Shown here: piece by piece, positions 1-8,833 of the stretch
How positions within the stretch are numbered: the first letter of the stretch is position 1
Layout of the letters: each line of letters opens with the position of its first letter
From: Stieleria marina
GTDB taxonomy: Bacteria; Planctomycetota; Planctomycetia; Pirellulales; Pirellulaceae
NCBI RefSeq assembly: GCF_007741555.1
Contig: NZ_CP036526.1
Location: 6,559,719 to 6,623,718 of the forward strand
Length of the DNA: 64,000 nt
Direction of reading: 5' to 3'
Translations under genes and position numbers: made by a program
Notes under the pieces: generated by a model
Databases searched by the model: none
The model's input: the letters and a program-made list of their open reading frames with translations, nothing else
Told to the model about the DNA's origin: nothing

Positions 1-190
1 CCCCAGTAGAGAGCCCCGCCGAGCTCCCCGCTGAGCTCATCGTCGACTCAAAATCATTTCCCCGGTGACATAGCAAACGATCCTGCTTCATTCTTGAAAG
101 CGACCTCGCGACAACCTTTGTCATTCAGCAACCTGTCCCCCCTTCATCTTCGCGCCCAGTTTGGCTTCGATCTCTAACACCCCGTTTTGC

Positions 191-3100
191 ATGAAACGTT
201 CAAGTAAATCTTCACTGCGCCCCGGACTCCTGGCGGCCGCCTTTGTGGTGATCACGTCCATGATTGCGATCGATCCGACTTCGCATGCTCAGGAATCGAT
301 TGATGCTCAGACGCCGATTGGTGTCCGTGTGATCGATGCCGTCAACAAAAAGGATCTAGAGTCGGCGCTGACGACCCTTGCGATTGTCAGCGACGAAAAT
401 CTGTCGCTCGACGCAATACTTGAGCAGCGTGTTCCCGCCGCTGCCGCTGCTGTCCATCGGCTGATGGTCATTCAGAGCAGCGATCAGCGGTACGATGCGT
501 TGCTGGACTGGAGCATGCCCAACGACGACCACGCAAACGTACGTGTCCTGGCTGTCCCGGTACCGGTGGACGCGCCACCAAAGGTTTTTGCACGAGAGAT
601 CGGTCAACGCCCCAAAGATGAGACGTTCCAAGTCGCCGACATTGCTGGTATCCAAGGCATTTTCTGCAGTGGCTGGATGTTGGCAGAAGCCGCAGATGAC
701 CTTGGGCGTTTGAATCGATTGATTACTCAGCTGCAAACGCTCAGCGATAATAAAGTGGTTGGCTCCGATGCGCTTCTTCACTTAGCAATTGCCAAAAGCA
801 CACGGACTGACGTTAAACCACTTCAAGCAGCGTTGAATCTGCATTCAAAGAATTTCCCCAAGGCAATCGGCCAGGCGGAACTAGTCGTCGCAGCGGTCGC
901 AGCTGCGGCTTCCTCGCGAAGTGCCACAGGTGAATCGGCCTTAGCCACTTTGGCCGCGCTGGACAAAACGGATTCGCCAGCACGATCATTTCTACGAACC
1001 GTCAAGGCGTTGGCGACGCAAAACTACTTTGGAAAACGACCGCCGACAGAGCTCTACCAACAAGACTTTCGATACTGGCACGGCGTCACAGGCGGCGCAT
1101 CCGCTGACCGTGATCTTGGTGCTCCGCACGCCCTGTGGCTGACGCACGAAAACCACTTACTGCACGCCGCAGGAGGCCGGGAAAACACGCTGTTTTTTCG
1201 ATACCCACTTGCAGGTGAATTTGAGTTCGTCGCCGAAACGCAAGGTGGCGGCGCAGTCGGTACCGACGGAGGAATCGCCTACGGAGGCTTGCACTTTGAA
1301 GCGAATGGCGCGTCAAACCAACTTCAAATTTTTGACGCCGGTGCACAAAACCAGAAACACATTTTCTGCCCATTCGTGCGTAGCGAAACAACGCCCACCT
1401 TTCATCGCGTTTCGATCCGCGGCAAAGACGGCAAACTTGCGATGGAGGCGAATTTCCATCCGATGTGGACGTTCGACAAGGCATCGCAATCCAGTCCCTG
1501 GCTGGGCCTGAGAAGTCGCGGAAAGAATCGGCCCGTTTTTCGAAATCTAACGCTCTCGGGATCACCTACGATTCCGCGTTCAGTGGCGTTGATTGGCGAC
1601 AACCAACTTCGCGGTTGGCTGCCGGGAATCTCTGGCGAAACGATCATGTCCGTATTTCCCATCGACGAAGCGAGTGACGTAACGCAAGAGAACGACACTG
1701 CCAAAGCGGCCGACGTGGATCAGACGGCCGACTGGTCTGTCGACGCAGGCGTTTTGACCGGGCGATCCAGCGAGGCGAAAGACACCGCGAAGCCCAGTTG
1801 GCTTCGTTACGAACGACCACTACTGAAAAGCGAAGCCATCACCTATCAGTTCAAGCACGGTGATGGTGAAGTGGCCGTTCATCCAACCCTGGGAAGAATG
1901 GCTTTTCTGCTCCTAAAAGACGGTGTCCGCGTTCGTTGGATGACTGACCACAACAAAGACTGGACTGGATTGGCGCCGGATCACCAGCTGCTGGAACCGC
2001 TTAGTCGGCGCGGGCCGAGACCTTTGCCTTTGAAAGTGAACGACTGGAACGATGTTCGCGTCGCCCACACCGGCGACTTCGTCGACATTTCGCTCAATGG
2101 CAAACTGATCTACCACCGCAAATTGGATTTCGAAGGTGACAAGCAGTTTGGATTCTATCGCCCGCAACGAGTCGAGGTCCAAATTCGTGACGCCAAGCTA
2201 TCGGGCGATTGGCCATTGGAATTACCCAAGGGGTGCTTCGATGATTTGCTGCAACTCGCCGATGCAACCAATTCAGCAGCGTCCGCAAAGGCAGCCAATC
2301 GATCGATTGGTAAACAGGTCGTTGCCAGCCAAGCCATGGGATTTCGTCGCGAACTGAGCAGCGTGACCGAATCGGAACGATACGATCGATTGGTGCAGTG
2401 GGTATTGCCATGTGAAACGCGGGAAGGTTTTCATTACGATTTCCGGCTAACAGGTTTTCTGATGCCGACCAATGCATCCCTGACACAGCAAGCGGACCCC
2501 GCATTCCAAAATTGGGGTCCCAAACACAGCAAGGCTGAGAATCTATTTTCACCCGCGTGCGATCTCGTTCGCATGGCAGCATCCAAGGGAAAGCTAGATG
2601 AGATCCAAGACCTCATCGACAAGTTCAACACGTATGACAACCACCTGCTTGTTTGGCAAAAACGAGCGATGCAGTGCTTAGTGGCCTGCCAACGCAATCA
2701 GCTCACTCAAGCAGAACAATCGCTGTCGGACTTGGGCAAGATGAAAAGCAAGCGGCCATCAATCGACGCTGAATTTTTGGTGGCGTCTACCGCAGCCCAG
2801 CGGTTTCCCCAGTCGCTGGTAGTACTTGATTATCTTTCGGGCGTTCTTGCTCGGCGAGTAAAGCAGGCGGACACGCGTTCGAGCCTGGGATTCAAAACAC
2901 AGCTACTTTCGTTGGCCTTGGACATCCAACAACTGCATGCGGATGACACCGACGATGCAAACCGATCGGACGAATCGCCGGGGCAGCTGATTGCGTCTGA
3001 TATCTCCTTTGCCAATACTCAAAGCGAAGGGCGGACCGCGTCACGCTGGCGATCCGCTCGCAACGGAGAGACACATCACGTCGCTGGACACGATCACGAA

Positions 3101-5608
3101 CGCTTGTATTTTCCGGCACCGCTAACGGGCAACTACACCATCGAAGCGGATCTTGGGCCATGGTCCAGCACGACCGTCGCTCATTTGGGTGAGACGATTA
3201 AGCCAGACAAACAGCAGTTTGGGCTCGCCAAGTTGGGCCAACAATTGCGTGAAATCAAGATGACACCGCCGTTGGTCGAACCGAAACACTGGGTGCGTTA
3301 TCGACAGGAGCTGAGAAGCGATCTTTCGTCCGTGTTCTTGAATGGTCGCCTGGTTTACGAACGTCACCGAAGCCAAACGGATGACCCTTGGTTGGCATTC
3401 CAAGGATGGTGGAAAGGGACCGCCAAGTTTCGAGATTTTCAAATCACGGGAGATGCTCTGGTCCCGGATCAAGTCTCCATGTCGGCGTCACTGGATCTGA
3501 TCGGATGGACGCCTTACTTTGGTCGCAGCTACAACAAACATTTGCCAAACTGGACAACCGAGAACGAAAACCAAATCAATGTAATTGCTGGGCATCGCGC
3601 AAAGATTGCACGCGGCTGCCATGCCGAACGCCTGCTTCGCTACCACCGTCCGTTCGTTGAAGACGGTGACGTCGAATTCGATTTCTTTTATCGCGTCGAC
3701 CAGACAACCGCATCGCCTGCTCTAGGACGACTTGCATTCCTATTTCAGCCTGAAGGGGTTCAAGAACACTGGGTGACCGACGGAAAATATGAACGCACTC
3801 TCGCGCGGCCTGAACCATCCACTTCATTCGATCAAGATCCCAAACGACGCATCCCGTTGCCATTATTGGACAACGCCTGGAATCAGGCTCGGCTGTCCGT
3901 CCATGATCAGACGCTGTCCGTTTTTGTGAACGGGCAGTTGGTGCACGAACGACCGATCCCTTCTGGCCTCGGTCGAAAGTTTGGGTTGTTTTACTTTGCT
4001 GACTGCTCCGATCTTCGCGTTCGCGATGTCAAAATGCGGGGTGATTGGCCAAAAGAACTCGCGTCGCTTTCGTCATTTGCGAATCCAATCGTCGAATCGT
4101 TGGACAAACACCGCGAATCGCTGCCCACGGTTTTCCAGCAAGCATTGAACCGGCCAGCTGGCGTTGCAAGGTACTTTGCCCCCGTCAATGGACTTGCATC
4201 CGGGCAGACACGCGACACGACGAGGGGACGCGAAGTCGTTGCCTTTGCGAGTCAAAAATGGTCGCAAATGGCGTTCACGACCAAACTAGCCATACAAGGC
4301 GACTTTGATGTCGCAGTCGGGTTTGAAGAGCTGGATGTCCCCGTGTCAGCGCGTGATGCGGGCCCCCGTTTGATCGTCACCCTCAACGACGAACTATCGC
4401 GACAATTGGTGGTCGCGATCGGTAACCATGCCAATAACTCCGCCGTCCTTCGTTGTGGTGTGACGATGATTTATCCAGACGGCACTCCACGCTACAAGAA
4501 TGAAAAAGTCGTGGACGAATCAACATCGGGGCGCATGCGAATTGTTCGGCAAGGAGACCAGGCGTATTTTCTATTTGCTCAGGGCGATTCGCCGATTTTT
4601 CGTCTGATTGCTGAGTACAAAGTTTCTACCGCGGATGTCTCGCTAAATGACATTCAGATGATGCTCATCAATTCACAAAGCAAGGGCGCCTGCTCGGTCA
4701 GTTGGACCGACATCAAAATCCACGCCCAATCGATCATGCAATCCGATTCTCCCACCGACAGACTTCGATCGATCGCGGTACTGGATTTGGAATCTGCTGT
4801 CACCGAGCGCATCGCTCAAGGCAACGCTGAGCTGCATCACATGGGATCTCCCAAATGGTCTGCCGATCAGAAATTTCTTGCATACGATCGAAGCTCAGGC
4901 TCAACAACTGACTCTCGTCTCCTGGTCTACGACGTTGCCAATCGTGAAGAGACGGACATCGGGTTCGGATCGATGCCAAATTTTTCCGCCGATGGAAAAT
5001 ACATTGCATTTTCGGCCTATCGCCAAGGCGTCGGAATCATGAATGCCGACGGCAGTGATCGCCGGATCATCGACTCGGGAGGCTGGGGGATTCAGTGGTC
5101 GCCAGATCCAGATGTACTGTCCTACGCCAAAGGATCAAACATCATGCTCTGGGATGTTGGCACTGGAAAGTCCAAGCCTCTGCTGACAGGAGCAGCCGCA
5201 AAACAGTACCGCTGGTTTCATTGGAACATGTGTTGGTCGCGCGACGGTCGCAAGATTGTTTTCAAAGGAACGCGGACCGATGGCAACGGCGAGGACATTG
5301 CCGTCGCATCGCTGGATCAATCTGATCGCATCCAAGTGCTTCGCAAAGCCGATCGATTGGCCGTCGAATTCAGTTGGACATCGGACAATCGATCCGTGCT
5401 GGTCGCAGATTCTCCCGTCAAAGGAGAACAGGCAAATCTATGGAAGCTGCCATTGGACGATCGAAAGGATCCGGAGTCGCTGATTCTGCCTGACGTGGGC
5501 GGCAAAGTCTTCGGTGCCGTCTGGTCGCCAGACGCGAAAAAGCTCGCCTTGGTAGTCGCCCCGGAATCAAAGATGGTGCCGCTGAATGCCGATTCTGTGA
5601 CGCAGTAG
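191..5608 (+). CDS. Giant secreted multidomain protein (1805 aa from the ATG at 191). It has an N-terminal signal peptide, three divergent internal repeats each ending in a ...GDWP motif, and a C-terminal TolB/PD40-like beta-propeller.
   Basis: Uninterrupted 5.4 kb ORF. Met at ORF residue 11 (MKRSSKSSLRPGLLAAAFVVITSMIAIDPTSHAQ) reads as a signal peptide. Three repeats match the pattern LNGKLIYHRKLDFEGDKQFGFYRPQRVEVQIRDAKLSGDWP / LNGRLVYERHRSQTDDPWLAFQGWWKGTAKFRDFQITGD / VNGQLVHERPIPSGLGRKFGLFYFADCSDLRVRDVKMRGDWP. The last ~330 aa carry PD40-like repeats (SPKWSADQKFLAY, FSADGKYIAFSAYRQG, WSPDPDVLSY, WSPDAKKLALVV). Confidence 0.75.
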   Translation: MKRSSKSSLRPGLLAAAFVVITSMIAIDPTSHAQESIDAQTPIGVRVIDAVNKKDLESALTTLAIVSDENLSLDAILEQRVPAAAAAVHRLMVIQSSDQRYDALLDWSMPNDDHANVRVLAVPVPVDAPPKVFAREIGQRPKDETFQVADIAGIQGIFCSGWMLAEAADDLGRLNRLITQLQTLSDNKVVGSDALLHLAIAKSTRTDVKPLQAALNLHSKNFPKAIGQAELVVAAVAAAASSRSATGESALATLAALDKTDSPARSFLRTVKALATQNYFGKRPPTELYQQDFRYWHGVTGGASADRDLGAPHALWLTHENHLLHAAGGRENTLFFRYPLAGEFEFVAETQGGGAVGTDGGIAYGGLHFEANGASNQLQIFDAGAQNQKHIFCPFVRSETTPTFHRVSIRGKDGKLAMEANFHPMWTFDKASQSSPWLGLRSRGKNRPVFRNLTLSGSPTIPRSVALIGDNQLRGWLPGISGETIMSVFPIDEASDVTQENDTAKAADVDQTADWSVDAGVLTGRSSEAKDTAKPSWLRYERPLLKSEAITYQFKHGDGEVAVHPTLGRMAFLLLKDGVRVRWMTDHNKDWTGLAPDHQLLEPLSRRGPRPLPLKVNDWNDVRVAHTGDFVDISLNGKLIYHRKLDFEGDKQFGFYRPQRVEVQIRDAKLSGDWPLELPKGCFDDLLQLADATNSAASAKAANRSIGKQVVASQAMGFRRELSSVTESERYDRLVQWVLPCETREGFHYDFRLTGFLMPTNASLTQQADPAFQNWGPKHSKAENLFSPACDLVRMAASKGKLDEIQDLIDKFNTYDNHLLVWQKRAMQCLVACQRNQLTQAEQSLSDLGKMKSKRPSIDAEFLVASTAAQRFPQSLVVLDYLSGVLARRVKQADTRSSLGFKTQLLSLALDIQQLHADDTDDANRSDESPGQLIASDISFANTQSEGRTASRWRSARNGETHHVAGHDHERLYFPAPLTGNYTIEADLGPWSSTTVAHLGETIKPDKQQFGLAKLGQQLREIKMTPPLVEPKHWVRYRQELRSDLSSVFLNGRLVYERHRSQTDDPWLAFQGWWKGTAKFRDFQITGDALVPDQVSMSASLDLIGWTPYFGRSYNKHLPNWTTENENQINVIAGHRAKIARGCHAERLLRYHRPFVEDGDVEFDFFYRVDQTTASPALGRLAFLFQPEGVQEHWVTDGKYERTLARPEPSTSFDQDPKRRIPLPLLDNAWNQARLSVHDQTLSVFVNGQLVHERPIPSGLGRKFGLFYFADCSDLRVRDVKMRGDWPKELASLSSFANPIVESLDKHRESLPTVFQQALNRPAGVARYFAPVNGLASGQTRDTTRGREVVAFASQKWSQMAFTTKLAIQGDFDVAVGFEELDVPVSARDAGPRLIVTLNDELSRQLVVAIGNHANNSAVLRCGVTMIYPDGTPRYKNEKVVDESTSGRMRIVRQGDQAYFLFAQGDSPIFRLIAEYKVSTADVSLNDIQMMLINSQSKGACSVSWTDIKIHAQSIMQSDSPTDRLRSIAVLDLESAVTERIAQGNAELHHMGSPKWSADQKFLAYDRSSGSTTDSRLLVYDVANREETDIGFGSMPNFSADGKYIAFSAYRQGVGIMNADGSDRRIIDSGGWGIQWSPDPDVLSYAKGSNIMLWDVGTGKSKPLLTGAAAKQYRWFHWNMCWSRDGRKIVFKGTRTDGNGEDIAVASLDQSDRIQVLRKADRLAVEFSWTSDNRSVLVADSPVKGEQANLWKLPLDDRKDPESLILPDVGGKVFGAVWSPDAKKLALVVAPESKMVPLNADSVTQ

Positions 5609-5835
5609 CTGGGCAGGGCCGACATCGAATTTGACTTTGCCAGCTTTGCTCAGCCCAGTGGAACGTCGTAAATCAGGGCTTTTTTCCACGTCTAGAGCGG
5701 AAACAGACGAGTATTTAACGCTTTTCGACTGCACATCGCTCCTTGCTATTGAGAATCGTTATCAAGAAGCCTATCGTGGTGGGCGTTGTCCGGCAAAAGC
5801 ATCTCAGAACCTTTCCCCCTCCGCCCTGTGTGACG

Positions 5836-6033
5836 ATGGCTTCCCACGACGAATCCCGCACTGACCAACCTGATGCGACCGTGGGCGGTCCGCCGACGCT
5901 TAATGCTGATGGTGCAAAAGTGATCAATTTTGAGGATCTAGCGCGGTGCGGCAATGAAGTTTGGATCCGCAATGGCGGCCAACTCTATCGGCTCCAGCAA
6001 ACTCGTCAAGGAAAGCTGATCCTGACGAAGTGA
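5836..6033 (+). CDS. hemP: HemP-like small protein (hemin uptake protein HemP family, 65 aa)
   Basis: Small ORF whose C-terminus (NGGQLYRLQQTRQGKLILTK) matches the conserved HemP signature (...Y.L..T..GKLILTK). I took the ATG at 5836 as the start inside the longer ORF at 5743. Confidence 0.45.
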   Translation: MASHDESRTDQPDATVGGPPTLNADGAKVINFEDLARCGNEVWIRNGGQLYRLQQTRQGKLILTK

Positions 6034-6094
6034 CAGGACGCAACTGATCGATCCTTCGACACGGCGCTCCAAACTGCGCAGCGTGCCGCCAACT

Positions 6095-7282
6095 CTACTT
6101 GCGAAGTTCCCGGGTGATTTCGCTGAACGCATCTCGCATCCGTTCATTGCGAAACGGTCGCAGATCGGGAATCGACAGCCCCGTGATCGAATCAAACGCG
6201 CGTCGGCTTACCGACATCAGGTCGGACAGATCTTTGCTGAGTGCCACCGTTTTGTAAGTATTCTCAGCCGTCAAAATATTTCTTTTGCAAGCCACGTTCG
6301 CTTCAAGCATTTGTCGGCGCTGTTCTTTCAGGCCGTCTTTGTAAAGAATCGCTGCATCGTACGTCAGCTGATTGCTGACGATGTTGTTGCGCAATATCTG
6401 TTTGTCGCCACCTTGCTTAATCGCCTCTTCGGCTTCATTCATATTCTGACGAGCCTGATCAATGAATCCGTCCAACTTGGGAAAGTACACTTCGTCGACA
6501 TTCTGCACAAACTTTTCTTGCAGTCGCGACATGGAGTGCAGCAGCATCAAATAGACGCCGTAGTACTGTTTCGCGGCTTCCAAGTCTTCGCCCGATTCGT
6601 TGGTCAAACGCTCCAGTTCTGCCGCAAAACGTTTTGCATTATCAAAAACAATTGTGACCCGAACAAACTCATCGCCGGTGATCGAATCGAGCAACTCATC
6701 GACTTCGACAGGATCTAGCCGCATGCCGATGCGAGCAAAGTCTTTGACCAACCGTTCCTTTTCGGATTCGATTTTCTGATCCGACAGCAGAATGGTTTCT
6801 TCGCCTTCCTTGATTTTTTTGTCGTAACCGGATTTGGTTGTGATCAGGGGATTGTAAGTTTCCTTGGGAGCCGAGATCCGCTTACGCTTGTAGACCGTCA
6901 AATTTCGCTGAGTCTCCTGAATCGTCTCTCGTAAAACTCGGATGCGCTGACGTCGCACTGAGATACTGGATACTCCCATCGCTTCGCCCGCTGCATCCAG
7001 ATAGCCCCCTACTTTTTCCTGCTGCGATTCCTTCGTTCGACTCAGTAGGTCGTAGAAAGGGAGTTCGTTTTCGCTGGGACGCTTTTGCGAATCATCGAAC
7101 AACTCCAGCGCCGACGAAAGCGAATCGTGGGCATCTTCAAAAAACGTCGCAATTTGGTCCGCAGCGGCCGTGCTTTTCTTGTTGGGCCCGGTGGGCTTCC
7201 CCGCTTCCTGAGACAGGGCAACAGACACCAAGCCACATGCCATTACAAAAAAGCACGCGGCTACGCGAGAAAAGTGGATCAT
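6095..7282 (-). CDS. Secreted hypothetical protein with coiled-coil regions
   Basis: Long ORF. The internal Met (MIHFSRVAACFFVMACGLVSVALSQEA) gives a classical signal peptide. The protein is charged and helical, rich in E/K/R. I see no recognisable catalytic motif. Confidence 0.55.
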   Translation of the reverse strand: MIHFSRVAACFFVMACGLVSVALSQEAGKPTGPNKKSTAAADQIATFFEDAHDSLSSALELFDDSQKRPSENELPFYDLLSRTKESQQEKVGGYLDAAGEAMGVSSISVRRQRIRVLRETIQETQRNLTVYKRKRISAPKETYNPLITTKSGYDKKIKEGEETILLSDQKIESEKERLVKDFARIGMRLDPVEVDELLDSITGDEFVRVTIVFDNAKRFAAELERLTNESGEDLEAAKQYYGVYLMLLHSMSRLQEKFVQNVDEVYFPKLDGFIDQARQNMNEAEEAIKQGGDKQILRNNIVSNQLTYDAAILYKDGLKEQRRQMLEANVACKRNILTAENTYKTVALSKDLSDLMSVSRRAFDSITGLSIPDLRPFRNERMRDAFSEITRELRK

Positions 7283-7522
7283 CGCAGTATTGCCGATTGT
7301 TTTCGTGGGCCAGGAGCATTCACCAACAGCTGGCGACAAAGCCAACTGATACGCCCATCTTATCCGGCTGCAATTTTGGCGGCAACATTGACATGCCAAT
7401 GGTGGACAGATCGTTGGCCTCTCAGAGGAAAAGAAACAGAAAGGTGCAATTCGCTCGAGAGGGCGTTATCTTGTCAAGTCATTCCTCACCCGTTTCATAT
7501 TCGTATCAGTGATTGCCAATTC

Positions 7523-8833
7523 ATGACGCAACGCAAATCCACTTCGCGCCGTCAGTTCCTGCACCAGACCGCTGCCATCACGGCTGCGGCTTCGCTGGCA
7601 GCGACCAATGCTGCTGGCGCCAGAGCAGCAGATGGCACGACGCCCCCGAGTGACAAACTTTCGTTAGGTGTGATTGGTATTGGGCCACGGTGTACCTATG
7701 ACCTGAATGCGATGCTGAAATTCAAAGACATTCAGTGCGTTGCGATCGCCGATGTTCAGGCTTCCCGCCGCGACGCAGGCAAGCAATTGGTTGATGGACA
7801 CTACGGCAACAACGATTGCAAGCTGTATCGTGACTTTCGCGAACTGCTGGACCGAAAAGACATCGATACGGTTTTGATTGCGACGGGTGATCGCTGGCAC
7901 GCCGACGCATCGATGTTGGCTGCCAAAGCGGGCAAAGACGTCTACAGCGAAAAACCTTGTGGGATCACGATTGACGCCTGTCAAAAACTTGCTGAAACGA
8001 TGCAGAGCGAAAATCGCGTTTTTCAAGCGGGCACTCAGCGCCGCAGTGTTCCGAATTTCAAACAGGCTGTCGACCTTGTCCACACCGGCAAACTCGGCAA
8101 GCTCCACACGATGCACGCGTCCGTTTACATCCCCACGCTCGACAACACTTGGCTACCAGCTCAACCCACTCCGCCAAGTGATGTCGTCGACTGGAACCTC
8201 TGGCTCGGTCCGGCTGCTTGGCGTCCGTACAATCAACAGTACGTCCAAGGTCGTTGGCGCGGGCAGTGGGATTTTGACTCCGGTGCTCGACTGTTGGACT
8301 GGGGAGCTCACACGGTTGACCTTTGCCAGTGGGCGAACGGTGCCGATGACACGATGCCACTGACCTACGAACCGACAGCGCAGAACATTGTTTGCACCTA
8401 CGCCAACGGCGTAAAACTGGTGATCGATTTCTTAAAAGAACCTTTCGGAGATCGGTCGCCTCATTACATCACGCGTCTAGGAACCTGCCCGGTCCGTTTC
8501 ATCGGCGACGATGGCAGCGTCGAAACGGGCGATTCAGGCGAAATTGTGGTGACGCCAGAGAAACTTCAAAAAGAAATGCCCGCGACGACAAAGCGAATCA
8601 GGGGCTTGGATGTGTCGGCTCACTCACGAGACTTCTTTGACTGCGTTCGATCGCGAAAACAAACAGCGGCCAATCCGGATGTCATGCGTCGTTCTCACAT
8701 CGCCTGCCATGCCGCAGCGATTGCGTGGATCCTGCAGCGAAAGCTAGAAATTAATCCCAAGACGGAAATGTTTGTCGGTGACGACGCCGCCAATTTGCTT
8801 CGATCTCGCCCAACAAGACAGTGGGCCGTCTAA
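7523..8833 (+). CDS. Gfo/Idh/MocA family oxidoreductase with a twin-arginine (Tat) signal peptide
   Basis: MTQRKSTSRRQFLHQTAAITAAASLAATNAAGARA is a Tat signal. A Rossmann N-terminus (LSLGVIGIGPRCTYD...) and a central EKP motif (VYSEKPCGITIDACQKL) are typical of Gfo/Idh/MocA. I placed the start at the ATG at 7523, because the upstream part of ORF 7085 would overlap the divergent gene. Confidence 0.8.
   Translation: MTQRKSTSRRQFLHQTAAITAAASLAATNAAGARAADGTTPPSDKLSLGVIGIGPRCTYDLNAMLKFKDIQCVAIADVQASRRDAGKQLVDGHYGNNDCKLYRDFRELLDRKDIDTVLIATGDRWHADASMLAAKAGKDVYSEKPCGITIDACQKLAETMQSENRVFQAGTQRRSVPNFKQAVDLVHTGKLGKLHTMHASVYIPTLDNTWLPAQPTPPSDVVDWNLWLGPAAWRPYNQQYVQGRWRGQWDFDSGARLLDWGAHTVDLCQWANGADDTMPLTYEPTAQNIVCTYANGVKLVIDFLKEPFGDRSPHYITRLGTCPVRFIGDDGSVETGDSGEIVVTPEKLQKEMPATTKRIRGLDVSAHSRDFFDCVRSRKQTAANPDVMRRSHIACHAAAIAWILQRKLEINPKTEMFVGDDAANLLRSRPTRQWAV

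Noticed and set aside
5609-5700. Possible terminator after the 1815-aa gene (T-run cttttttcc near 5680)
   Set aside because: I could find only a weak 4-bp stem preceding the T-run, which is not enough to call.
7085-7522. 5' extension of ORF 7085-8833 (upstream of the MTQRK Tat-signal start)
   Set aside because: It overlaps the divergent gene 6095-7282 on the opposite strand. The in-frame ATG at 7523 gives a textbook Tat signal peptide, so the extension is very unlikely to be translated.
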